64,000 bases of DNA. It comes from Eimeria praecox. Lineage: Eukaryota. Below are positions 38,490-50,630 of this stretch, piece by piece. The stretch is taken from contig OY986948.1 in assembly GCA_963920595.1 (NCBI GenBank), positions 3,286,001-3,350,000 of the forward strand, given 5' to 3'. Position numbers and translations under genes: made by a program. Under the pieces are notes generated by a model. It worked only from the letters and a program-made list of their open reading frames with translations, did not search any database and was not told where the DNA came from. Position 1 is the first letter of the stretch. Each line of letters starts with the position of its first letter.

Positions 38490-41400
38490 TCAAACACTGG
38501 GTGCCCTCGACAACTGCTGCTGGACGCCATGGCTTTCGTCCAATGCTGCTGTGATGTGAATTGACGGCGGGACGACTGCCTGCCGAAACTGCTGTTGCTG
38601 CATGGTAACCCCTAGAGAACTGACCAAAGGATCGGGCCTGGAGCAAACCACTCTTTTTCTCAAGGGTTCATCTGTTTCTAAACCAGCCTCCCACTTTGCT
38701 GAGGCGGCACTACCTCCAAGCCCTTCAGCCTCATCCAGATATTCATCATCTGCTGGACCCTCTGGTCCATCAGGAACATCTGCATCATCATCACCCTGTT
38801 CGCCTCTGTCGACCTTGCGCTTCCACATCACTGCTGCGCCATATGCTGCTTCTAGGCCCCCAAACTTTCTGGTGCTGAATATCTTTGTAGTGTCGCGGCC
38901 TTTCACAGCCACCTCCCAGCATGCTCCCTTCACGTTGTACGTAACACCCCCAACGGATGGAAATTCTCTGGCTAAGGAGGCCAAGGTTCGTTTACCCGGC
39001 TTCGAAGCACACAATAATCTTTGCTTCCGCTTCGAGCAAGATTGCGTGCCGTCATCTTCCAGTGGTTCTGCAGGGCCTACGGGGGCAACTACTGACCCAT
39101 CGACGTCACCAGATGTCCCGAGAACCCCAAGGCCCCCGCGAGCACCCTTCAGCGCTACTTGCTGATCGTTTACCGAATCAAGGTGTCCAGTTTTGGGCCC
39201 CCCCTGTCGCTGCTGTCCTTCTGGGCAACGCAGTGCAGAAGCAGCCCCCGAGGGATCACTGAAAGCTGGAAGTCGAAGAGATGACGTAGCCGAACCCCCT
39301 AGCAAAGAACTCACCAATGCCAGGGCTGACGATGAGCCGTCGCCTAAATTCAAGTATGAAGGAACCGGATGGCCTTTAGAACCCACCGTTGGAGCTTGTC
39401 TTCCTGCAGTCTCCTGAGCAGCGGAGGAGTGCTGCAACAGCTGCTGTTGGAGCTGTTGAAGCTGCTGAAGCTGATCTTCAAGCTGCTGCTGGAGCTGGTG
39501 CTGCAACAAAACCTGTTGCTGCACCGACGACCCGGTGACTGCTGCGGCAGAAACTGGCACGTGCTCCTTACCTGGCACATGCTGCTGAACTGCCTGCTTT
39601 CGTGGAGCAGGAGGCACCACACATTCCGTCGATGGAAACCCTGTCGCAACCGGTCGTTGGGGCACCCCTCGTGGAGAGTGCCTCGGAGTAGTTGTTCCAG
39701 AAAGAGCTACTTTTGTTTGCGAAGGATTCACGCTGCGAATTGCATTGGCGTTTCCACTCGCAACAGAGGCATCAATGCCTCCTTGAACCTCCTGCGATTC
39801 GCTGGTTGCATTGAGACCCTCAAGCTTGCTTTTGACACATGAATGCTGCAACACGGCCGTCGGTGTCTGAATACCGCGACTCCCAAGTGCCTCGGCAATT
39901 GCTGTAGTGGCGTCCCCCATAAAAAGCAAATCTGACAGAAACAAATCGCAAACCGAGGGCATCTGCGGCTTTGGCTCGAATTCATTCACCTGCCCGAGCA
40001 GCACTGCATCACCTCCGACCAACTCCTCTACATAGCGGCATAATGGCCACATGGTAAGGCACTGAGAGCACTATCCTTCAAATGTAGCTGCCTGCGGAAC
40101 TAGCCTTACCTGGCAACCTTGTCTGCACTGGAGGCGTTTCTCGGCTGGCAGAAGCTTCAGGCAACGCCGGTTGTGGTGTCGCTCGCTGGGCTTCTGTTGG
40201 TGGAGTGTTAGCGAGTTTGGATGTTGCCATCCCCATAAGAGTCTGCCGCGCCTGAACAGCCAGGCGTCGGGCCTTCTCAAAACCGTGCTGCTTGATATTG
40301 AAGCAGCTTTGCCTAGGCTGGCCTGAAGAGAGGACAATGCCAAAACGAAAACTTGCGTCGAAAGCCCACGAATACAACGGGAAGGTTTGATAAAAGGCGC
40401 ACAGTCAGCAATCCCCACGGGAAGTGTTGGGGGTCCGAAGTGCGAGAGGACATACCGTTAGCATCATTCCACTGTGCAACCCAGCAAGTGTGTTTCTTGC
40501 CAATAAAAACTCCCTTTATTTTAGGCAGTTCCGCTGCCCGGACGGCATACTGCTGCCGTACTGGGCAGTCATTCAGGTTGCTGTTCCCGGCTTTTCCCGT
40601 TGCACCATTAGCGTCCGAAGCCGCTGCAGCGTTCCGCCGAGCAACGACTGTAGAGCCCGTCGAGTGACCCCTCCGAACGAAACCCGAGGGCACGGCAGAG
40701 CTCCCGGTTCCTGGCGTCCCGCCTCCAACAGAAAGTGCTTGCAACTCAGATGCACCTGCATCGCGACCGAGCCAATACAGTGATAAAGTGCACATATTGT
40801 GGAATATTCTTGCAAAGTATAACGAATTCCATTGCAACGCATGCCCATGCACATCTACAGAAGCTACATGCCCTGACGGTACAACAATAATAAACGCAGC
40901 TCATTTCCTGGCTCCACCCATCCGCTGGCTGTCAGGTTACTGGACTCCCATGGCCAAGGATGCTTCACTACTCCAGCAGCCAAACCACTCTGACGAATAC
41001 ATCCCAAAGTGTCTTCACTGCGCACGAATGTAGAGACAGCAGCTATGTGGTATAAAAGCAAAAGCCTACCGTCGCCATCCACGAAGGCTGTGGCCTCTCG
41101 GTCACCGGACCAAAGTCCGGAAACGCCAGGCGTCCTGGGTGAAGTTTTACCCCCCACATTAGTAGGTGACAGCTGTTGGGGCGATACAGGCTGCACGAAT
41201 GGGCCCGGCTGTTGAGCTTTTGCAGGTACTGATGCCGGGCCAAATCCCGTGGGACCAGAAGCATGTGGCAAGGACTGGCCACTATAGATATCTCGGCTAC
41301 CACGGACTACAACCCGTGGTGGGCCTTGCAAGTTTCTCAAGTCGCCTGCTTGAACTGACGCACTCCCGTTGGGCTCCCACAGACGTCTCGAGCCCGCTGC

Positions 41401-44400
41401 ACCATCAGCATTATGTAGCAGATCCCCTCCAGGATCCGCATCAGGCTGCTCCAGCAAGCGCTGGACACGCGCTACGCTTGCTTTTAGATTCCTGCGGCGC
41501 CTGTACGCAAGACGGATGCAGTCCAGATCGTTGAGGACTTCCATGAGCTGGTCGCGTGTCCACTCCCTCGCGTCGAAAGGAGACAAGCACTGGAAGACAA
41601 CGCGATAGCTTTGCAGCTCCAAAGAATCCAATGATCTCGCCGCGATTGTGGCTTTAAAGTGAAAACCGAAATTGTCGTCACGCGCAGCCCAAGTTGGCGC
41701 CAAAGAGCGCAGCATCCGCAGAATCCTTAATATTGCAGACTTCTGAGCTGCCAACTCTGTCCCCGAGGCACAAAGGAGTACAGAAGGGTCCAAAAGGGGC
41801 AACGGTGGGGCCCATGCGCTGCTGCAGCGTCCCGTTTCGCCTTCTGCTGCCGTTAAATCAGCTGAAGCAAGAAATGCGTTTCCATCGTCATGCGCATGGG
41901 CTTGGCCCTCCAATCGCCCTCCGTTGGGGTTAGGACACGATATGCTGGCACCCATATCAGTTCTGTCGAAATGCCACGCATCTGCAGCAGTTCCGCACTT
42001 TGTGTCAGCCAAGCATGAAACTGCTCCAGCTGCTTCTGTCCACTGAAATGAATTCCGCATCAAAAGCCGGTCCGGATCTCTACGCAGCATCTGCAGCTCC
42101 TGCACCAGTAGGTGACGAGCCGGTGACGGTAATGTTGCAGGCATGCGGTAGGTCCCTACACACTCTCTGAAGATATGAGAATATGGAAGAAGCTCCGCGA
42201 ATCGATCGGCACACGTAACCACAGCAACGTGGTGCCTGAAAAGAAGGTGCAGCGACTCGCCTTGTTCCTCTCTATCGCAGGAAGACCCCTCATCCGCCGC
42301 TCTACTCGTAGGCCGGACGCCATCCGCGCTGTCTGAACCAGCTGGAGAATTGATGCCAGATCCCCCTGCGGCATCCGAGCACGTCGCCGATTCGGACACT
42401 GGAAGGGTATGCTTGACACCTTTTTCGCCACGTCTGGTGGGTGTTCCGTTGCAAAGCCGTTCACGAGCTGAGCCACAGCCATTTGGGGGCAAACGCCCAT
42501 TGTCTTGCGCATTCTCCGCGGCGGCAGCACCTGCAGAAGCCCGCGGAGAAGACAAATCTTTCACACAGCTCATCGAAACTGTGTCTTGGCATGAGGAAGA
42601 ATTCCAAGTAATGCCCCCAATTCGCCTTGGCGACTCCGTGCACCCACTCGAGGCTGGGCATTCATCAGCAGACGAGGATGTTGCAGAGTCAGCAGCTCCG
42701 GCAAGTGGCCGCTTTGTGGGAAGTGGAGAAGGGCTCCTAGCACGCAAAATTGTGTGCGGCTGAGACACTGCTCCGGTGCACTCCGTTGCCGAAGCCTTTC
42801 TTCCATAAAACCCCGCATTCCGTAGCACTGCAGTGAGCGCAGAGTTGTTCATCCACTTGCCCTTAAGAAGGACAGACGCACCGATACAGCACCTACAGGG
42901 CTCCGGGTTCGAGGCGGCAGCACAGCAACACGTCGCAGCATGGAGGTCCTCGATTAGTGTCAGGATAGTCAACTGAACTTCTGCAAATACACCTCCGGCA
43001 TCCAGTGGAAGCTGCAACGCAAGGCACATTCAATTGGCGAATGTACAACTATCTCACGAAGTGATTCCGCTGCCGATGAAAAAAAGGAACTATTAACAAA
43101 AACGCAAGCTGACACCCATCCCCACTAAATACATGTATGCCTGTCGCAGTCTGTGCTGCACAGTACGCCTACCCGCACTGCCCCGCCGCCACCGTTTCCT
43201 GTAGTAACCGGCTTGTCCCCAATGGAAGCGCAACTTCGCACAGGCTCAATGATGTCCTCTACCTGCTGGTAAGAGCCATTTGCGGTGTGGGGCAACGCAA
43301 AGCTAGTTCCACAGAAGAAAGGCGCAGCAGATGCTGCGACGTCTTTCTCAACGTCTGAGGCTTCAAGTGACGCCGCAACGTCGCTGGCTTGGAGGCTGCT
43401 GTCGCAACCCTCCTCCGCGGATTGCAATAAGCCTGCGGGTGGAGCCGCCAGGCATGATTCGCCAACAGGAGAGCAGCGAGGCTCTGCAAGGCCATTCTGA
43501 ACACAGCCACGAAAGAGACACTGGTTGAGAGCCTGCATTGCTCAGCTGCTGCTGGCCATTAGAGCTGCACAGCCACAAAACGTACACCTTGAGCAGTGCA
43601 CCCACGTTGGGTAGATGCAGTTGCTTACATCATCCAATTTTTGAATAGCCATGCCCAATGCCTGCAACAGCGCTCCCTTGTCAGGCCCAAGACCATCTTC
43701 GGAGTCCCTAGGGCTCCGCGCGTCACTCGCAGCCCTCATCTCACACGGAATGGAAAGCGTAGGTGTCTTGTCATCCGCTGAGGTGGGGGTGGCCGGTGGG
43801 GTTGCACTGCGTGACGAGCCGTTGAGTCGAACGTTATGAGCCAACTCCACAGAAAGGGGTGCTGCATGCAGTGCAGTTGCTGCCCTGCGGGTGGCATGAC
43901 GTCCCCGCCTGCATGGAGTTTTTGACACTAAGCGCGATTCTCTGCAATCTCCTTGTCGACTGGCTACCTCGTGGCTCAGCGCCGCCAGGCGAGAGCGCAA
44001 TTCCGAAGGAAGGACTCCATTAAACTGCGGTCGAGGCCCCCCGTCTTGCGCCCAGGCAGGAGCATCTTCAAGGTGTGCGCCTGTGGAGGGTGTCCGGTCC
44101 AAGCAATGCGATCCACCTCCATTATTCGTGCCGCCCTTGTTCAAATGCGCATTGCTTTTAAGTTCCTCCGGTAGCTGAGCGAATAACTCTCGCCGCACAG
44201 CTATTTCGGATGCCACTTCTGCTTCCTGGGGAACTAAAAGAGATGATTCCGCACTCCTAATATCCGTAGCAGAAGACGGGAGCTCCGCCACATGAGTGTT
44301 GAACCCAAAAATGCAAGATCGCATCAGCGGGCTGACCTCCACCAACTCTGGTGCAGCAACAAGAGTCCGAGGGCTGTTGCATTTTGGCTCATTGCCTGCC

Positions 44401-44429
44401 GCGGGGGCGGCACGCGGTATTTCGCGCAT
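38490..44429 (-). CDS. ApiAP2 transcription factor with two AP2 domains and upstream ACDC-like segments; multi-exon, 5' exons uncertain
   Basis: AP2-1 LPKIKGVFIGKKHTCWVAQWNDANG|QPRQSCFNIKQHGFEKARRLAVQAR (intron 40455-40323). AP2-2 PSVGGVTYNVKGACWEVAV..KIFSTRKFGGLEAAYGAAVMWKRKV (~38965-38815). Long same-strand low-complexity ORFs at 40864-43029, 43125-43538 and 43542-44429. Confidence 0.82.
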
Positions 44430-46092
44430 AGGTATTAGCCGGCGCCTGTTTATCCGTTCCTAGTTCATTGCTCTCTTATTCCTCGTTATTCCTCGCATTT
44501 GGGGTGGCAGCAGCCCACCTAATATCCAGTAGTGCAGAGCGCAATCAATAAAACCTGCAGTTGCACCTCAACAGGAGCGTGGTCAAGGATGCATACAAGA
44601 GCTTACAAGGCAGAAACTAAACGCGAGAGGACCTTCAGAGGCCCCTAAGTGAAGCACATGGCTTCTAAAAGCATCCACGGGTCGTTTTTGCCCTATCACC
44701 CTGCAGGCCAGAAAATGGTACCGGGAATTATAGAGAAAAACATGAATTAGCAGGCCAGTGCTTGCAAGCTCCTCATATGCTGAAGGATGCTTTACGTTGT
44801 GGTAGGAACAGAGGGTGTTGCAGCCCTTTCCTCAGTGCCTTATACCAAAATTTGATTCTAACTGCGGACGCTTAAAACCCCCCAGTGCCGCCGTTCACCT
44901 TTGCAAAGAGGAGCTGCCTTGAAGCTGTGGCCAGCAGGGAGCACTAGACGCAGTAGTATACCCAATCAGCAGGAAAACGAGTTCACGGCAAGATGGAGGC
45001 ATCCGCTAAGCCGGGGTTCCGGAGCAAACAAACCCTGAGCCCGGACTATTACAAACCCATGCAGGCTGGTGCTGCTGAGTTTATGGCGCCCTCTCGCAGA
45101 ACAAAACAAGATAAAACCCTCCACGAAATAACAATCTAAAAGGTTTGGTTGTGATCGAAACAGCAGGAGTAGCAAAGGAAGCCCCTACCAGCCATAACGA
45201 AACGTCATATCGACCTTGTTGACTCCGTGAGGGGCAGGCAGCCGCAACAGCTGAAAAGTACACCGGATGAAGAAGCTAAGGTAGGCCCCGCACGTCAAGA
45301 TAAGCAATGCATTCTCATACCATCTCAATATTACACCCTAAAGGAGAAATGAACCCTTTTCTCCACGGAACCCGCACGCCTGCCGAAAGCGGGCGATGCT
45401 CCGACGTGTACGAAACGCTTCGATGCTCCAAGGATTCCGTGGAAAAAGAGCTCGCGGTATCGTGGTGTACTCGAATAGAGCTTAATTTAGAAAAACAGGC
45501 TGGTAAAGATACGCTAATTACCAATGAACATCTCAAGGGAAACGGGAGCTTACGTTCAAGCCCAGAGGCACAGGCTGCTGCTGGGGGGTGGTGACTCCCA
45601 AACTAGCAGGACTTCCGAACACTTGCAGTATCCGCTGTGGAAAGCTCATATTCTTGTATTTATTTGAGAAACGTTGCACCAAGCGCACTAACTTTCTACT
45701 GGACCCAGTCAAAGACTGTTTCAAAGACGGTCCCGTGCCCATCCCTTCTAGTGCATGAGTGGGGGGAGGCAGCGCAGTCTTCTGGAATTGTGGCAACGGT
45801 TCGTACACGGCCTGTTTCTCTTGAAGGCTATTCTATGACCCACATTTCCTGTTTATTTTACAACGGGTGGCCATTACTGGCCAAGGGCCTTTGTCTGCGT
45901 CACGTTGAATTGGTTGGTGTACCATGGTCCGTCACAAGCAGGTGTATTTGCCGTTGTTTGTGAGCATGCTAGATAGTGGCAGCCAAACTAGTGTTTGCCA
46001 GTTTCCTGTTGTATTAGTTCGTGGACAACAAAACAAGGGCTTGGCTAGGCTTGCATCTGGGGTTACTGTCCCATAGACTGAAACAGGGCTGG

Positions 46093-46440
46093 TGAAGCAC
46101 CGCTTGTACAAAGTTGGTACGGGCACTTCTGCCTGTGATGACGGCATATACTAAGGGCTAAGCAACTGCTTAGCAACTTTACACAGTGTATTCTACAATG
46201 TTAGTGCATCCGGCAAGAAGGGGGTTGGTGGGACGTGCGCGTGGGGCAGCCCTGCAGCCTTAGTTGTAGTACGGTATGGTGCAGCTCGTGGCAGGCTGGA
46301 ACGTGCCTCTACCAGCCCGAAGCCAGTGAGCCGTTGTGCCTACGAGCGCTGGACGCTGAGGGCGAGGTCAGCTTCTATTTAGCAATACTTCTCTTTAAGC
46401 TATTGGCTTCATTGCAGCTCGCGGCCGTATTAACGTAACA
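46093..46440 (+). repeat. Putative 5' LTR
   Basis: Starts TGAAGC and ends near GTAACA. Colinear similarity to 49628-50630, e.g. ggtcagcttctatttagcaatacttctctttaagctattggcttcattgcagctcgcgg vs ggtcagctgctattggaaaacccttttctttcaagtctttggctcctttggagctcgtgg. Confidence 0.65.
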
Positions 46441-49400
46441 CGGAAGACGCTTGGTACACTTGACACCACTGTTTGCTTTATTAAAGCAGGCGCAGAAGAA
46501 GAAACTCAGCCCGACTGCAGGGAGCCTGGACATAGTGGCGATGAGTAGCGATGGCGTTTCTCACAGAGTGGACAAGGCAAATTTATATTTCCCCGGGGAT
46601 TCGCATATTCCTGAGAAAGCCTTTGCCAATTCTCCAGTCATTTTTTCCGCTTGGACAACACAGAGGGTGGATGAGCGTCCTCGATCTTTGCTGGTGGCCG
46701 TCGTGAGCAGCAGTAGGGTCAAAGACGTAGATGGTGGCCTCCTCTCCAGCCCGCAGGCCTCCTGGTCACAGCGACCAAAGCGCCTGGGCAGATTGGATTG
46801 TCATGGGGTGCAACACACCTTGCTGCAACTAGTGCTGCAAGGCACCCCCACGGGCACTCATGACCAGTTCCGCTTTGCCGCATGAGCTAGCATTGTAAAC
46901 TGACGTGTAGAGAGTCTTTTAACCATTTCTTGACCCTCCGTGGTCAGCCTGCCAGTAAGTATGGATACGCGTACCAGCATCGTGCAGAACATGCTGCACC
47001 TCTCCCCTAAGAGACGCACATCTTCCTGTGCGAGGTTGTCCATGAGAAGCGAAATGCAAAGGGGGAAGGAAAATAATGATGAAGAGAGCTGACTGGCATC
47101 CGAAAGATGCCACTGCCCTGTGCGGCTTCCTGTGCTGGCCCACAGTTTCCTACAGCGGGATCTCCCAATATCTTGGGCCTTCGTCAGGTAGGACAAGCCA
47201 AGCCCGTTTACCCGGATTAGGATTCACTTTGATTGCGGGCATCCCAACAAAGCTAAAAGTTTGTACGAAGCTTCTGCCTGAGCTCAGCATCTGAATGGTT
47301 ATGAGCAGGGCAGATGAGCCCAACAGGAGGGAATGAAGAGCCCTAAAATGTACAAAAATAGAACTGTTGTCACTATATAATCCCAGACATGCAGCCAGTG
47401 ACTCAGAGGAAGGCGCGCACACTGCGTCCAACGGACACTATTGCAGCCTGCGTTCCCGGAAGCTGTGAGGGAGTGCAAATTTCAAACAGAATTTCGATCA
47501 ATCCTCCACGCTAAGAGGAGCGAAATTCGTGCTCCAATGTTAAAAGAACGAGAAGGCTCATGTGCATTGCAGAGGCGCTGGGGGAAACAACGATGAAGTG
47601 CACGCACTCCATCGTGTTGGACCTACGAAGACGGCGGTTTGGGGAGGCTCGCTCCACTTAACACCCCCAAAACAGCAAAAGAGGACAAAATTAAAGGGAT
47701 AGTTGCAAGGTGTGGTCAATAGCAAGGAGCCCCCGGCACCCCGCCACCTGTTGGGAGTGCAGTGCACACCAGCAAACTCATTCCTGTAGCACCACGCTTG
47801 GTTTCAAGGTGCTGTCTACTTCAACATCTCAAATGGCTAATTGAAGGGCACGCAGGCAAACTGCTAAGAAAAGACAAAGAGGATGGCCCAACTAGCACCT
47901 TTCGACATAATCCGGTGCTGGCGCAGCAAGGGAGGGGATGTCGCACACGCACTTCGACTGCAAGCCGATCAACGCACTCACGACGAAACAGAAGAATCCC
48001 CAAATCGACAAACTGATTGGCGTCTTGCCGGTTTCAGCACTCTCTAGACAACTGAGCCTAGCTTGCATGCTGTTGCAGACCCCACTGTATTCAGATGGCA
48101 GGCGCAAGACTACATTCCTTACACGCACGCCCAAACTACAGGCCACATGTGTGCCATTCGCGCCAGTGAGTACACCTGCACAGCTGGAGTGGCAGGACAA
48201 TCACGGCTTCTTGTGGCCAATCAATAAGGTATTCATGATAATATGCATGGACGATGTGCATGTATTCAGCTGGAATGTGCAGGAGTTATTGCAGCACCTG
48301 CTGCTTGCCCTGCAACTGCGGAACGAGGAGCCGTGATTCGCAAAAGCACAGGAGCGTTAGTTTTTCAGGAAAGCAATTAGCTTTTAAGGGCTTTGTTTTT
48401 CTGTAGCAGGAGCCGAGCCAGGTCTGGTGAAGGTAAAGACGAGTCTGACGCGGGTAGTACCTCTGTACACGCGAACGGGAGTTAAGAAGTTTCTGGCTCT
48501 CGCATCATACTGAAGCAAGTTCTTCCGTGGTTTTTCCTGCATCACTGCCCTTCTAACGGATCTACTTAAGAAAAACAAAAAAAAAGACAGACAACTCAGC
48601 TGGACGGAGAAGGAAGGCGAAGCATCCAGATGCCTCATCAGACATCTGACGCCATTTCCTGTGCTCACGCTCCCTGCGTTCGACAAGCCGTTCTTCGTAA
48701 CAGCAGGCACTGGTGACACAAACGCTGGGGGGTGCACTCCCAGCAGGCTAATAACCAGAAAGAGGCACAAAATAATCGCCTGCTACCCGCACCGCTTTAC
48801 GGGAAGGGAACAGAAATATCGGATGCAGACGAAGAAGCTGTAAATGACCTGATGGGAAATAGAACAGCGTCGACATTAATGAAATTCGTTTCTCTGTTCA
48901 GACCGACAATCAATCTCTGACATACCTGACGAAGAGCTTGCAAAACTAGGATACTCAAATAGCTCCTATGCGGATTTGCTGGCTTTTGCTGTGCGGCTTC
49001 AAAGCCAAGTATACCAAGGATATACCCACGGTATACCAAGGGCATACCAAGGGTGGCCACTGACGTACTCTACCGGCGCCCTACTGATTAGGCACTGTGT
49101 TCTGCTGGTGCTCTCATCTGCGATGATTCTCGTTTTCTCCCTAAATTGAGTTCTTCGTACTCCTTATATTACTCATGCGGCTGTAGTCTTCGCTAAGATG
49201 AGCAGAGGGCGGCAGGTTAAACAGTACAGCGCCATCACCAATCTCGTGTACCAGACGAAGTCTGGGTTCCGAAAGATTCTGCAGGAGCCCAGCTTGGAGG
49301 GTGCTCCGCGGTCAAGTAAGGACATACCGGCGGCTCTCGGGCAGCTGCTTCGTACATGCTTTCATCGGTATTGCGATGAGCCCACTAGAAAGGGCTCGGG

Positions 49401-49606
49401 AACCTCGTAAACTGTAAAAGCGTCGTACCTGGCGTATTGTCATGCAAGTGGGCGACCACGCGGTCGCCGGCAACGGATCATCGGAGGGAGTAGCATACTT
49501 CATAGACATCTCCCCAGAGGCGGATCAGCCCTTTTCCTTACCATTTCCTCCTTCATTTTCTTCTTCTTTCTTATGGGCAAGGAGACACACGAGGATCTTT
49601 GCTGCT

Positions 49607-49627
49607 GGGGGGGAAGGGGTGGGCAGG
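49607..49627 (+). other. Polypurine tract of the LTR element
   Basis: GGGGGGGAAGGGGTGGGCAGG immediately before the TG that begins the 3' repeat. Confidence 0.6.
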
Positions 49628-50630
49628 TGCAGCGTGCTTTGAGCGGTGTTCGTACTTATATCCCTACTTGCTCATAGGCTCACTGTACAGGACCAAGTAA
49701 GTGTTTAAAGGCATTTTACAATACATTCTACAGGGCTAAATTATGCTAAATAATGCGTTGAATGCGGGCGCATGTGGAATGCCTTACACCACTAGTTGTA
49801 ACAAGGTGGGCAGCAACCCATGACTGTCCGATCCGTGACCTCATCAGGCCGCTCTGCCCAAGAAGCTCACGGATATTTGCCGCATTTGGGGAAACGTTTT
49901 TCTTCAAACTTTCAACTCTGCTGCTGTTCATGATGATCGTCGGCTAAGACTGAGGAGTGCCCTTCCAGTATTTGTATCTCTACTTGCGTGCAGACTGACT
50001 ATAAGGCGCTAAGCAAGTGTTGGGCCACTGTGCATTACAGTCTATAATGCTAGCAGATGCAACAGAAGGGAAATTAATTGTGCGAGCAAGCGGGACTGTC
50101 TTGCAACACTAGCTGCAGCAAGATGCGTTGCAACCCATGGCAGCCCTACACGTGTCCGCACCATACACATTGTAGCATTCTTTGCGTGATGCTGGTACTC
50201 CTATCTCTACTTGCTCACAGGCGGACAATAGAGGGCAAGTACGCTTTCAACGACAGCCAAATCTATAGTCAACGATGCCAGCGCACTCAGCAAAAGGTTA
50301 AGTTGTGCGTGCTTGTGGGGCTGGCTAGCAGCACTCGCTGCAGCAAGGTGTGTCAGGCCGCCCCGGCCCCCACCAGCTTCAGGCCCTTTGGCTGCTGTGC
50401 GCAGGAGGTGAGCAAGGTGGAGGGGAGTTCAGCTGCCTTGGGGAAACTCACTTTTAAGCCTTCCAGTGTAGCTCACGACAGCCCTCAGCTAGGATCGAGG
50501 ACTCGTTATACGTATGCCCTTGGGCGGTTTTGGCCAGGAGGCCCAGGGCTCAAGAGCGGGTCAGCTGCTATTGGAAAACCCTTTTCTTTCAAGTCTTTGG
50601 CTCCTTTGGAGCTCGTGGAGGTCCTTCACG
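49628..50630 (+). repeat. Putative 3' LTR region with three diverged copies of the LTR 5' part (start ~49628, ~49945, 50171)
   Basis: Shared core gtacttatatccctacttgctcatagg / gtatttgtatctctacttgcgtgcag / gtactcctatctctacttgctcacagg; also ttgtgcgagcaagcgggactgtcttgcaacactagctgcagcaag vs ttgtgcgtgcttgtggggctggctagcagcactcgctgcagcaag. Confidence 0.65.

Larger units (their letters stand above)
46093..50630 (+). mobile_element. Decayed Ty3/Gypsy LTR retrotransposon (gag/protease-like, RT and RNase H remnants; integrase core not recognisable)
   Basis: RT-like DCKPINALTTKQKNPQID..RRKTTFLTR..CVPFAPVSTPA..IICMDDVHVFS..HL..ALQL..ISF (47938-48390). RNase H-like LTLPAFDKPFFV, QTDNQSLTYL, VATDVLYRRP (48661-49082). 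Purine tract at 49607-49627; flanking diverged direct repeats start with TG at 46093 and 49628. Confidence 0.8.

Noticed and set aside
49400..49560. Chromodomain remnant before the PPT
   Set aside because: The position fits a chromovirus, but the YLVKW and TWEP motifs are not recognisable.
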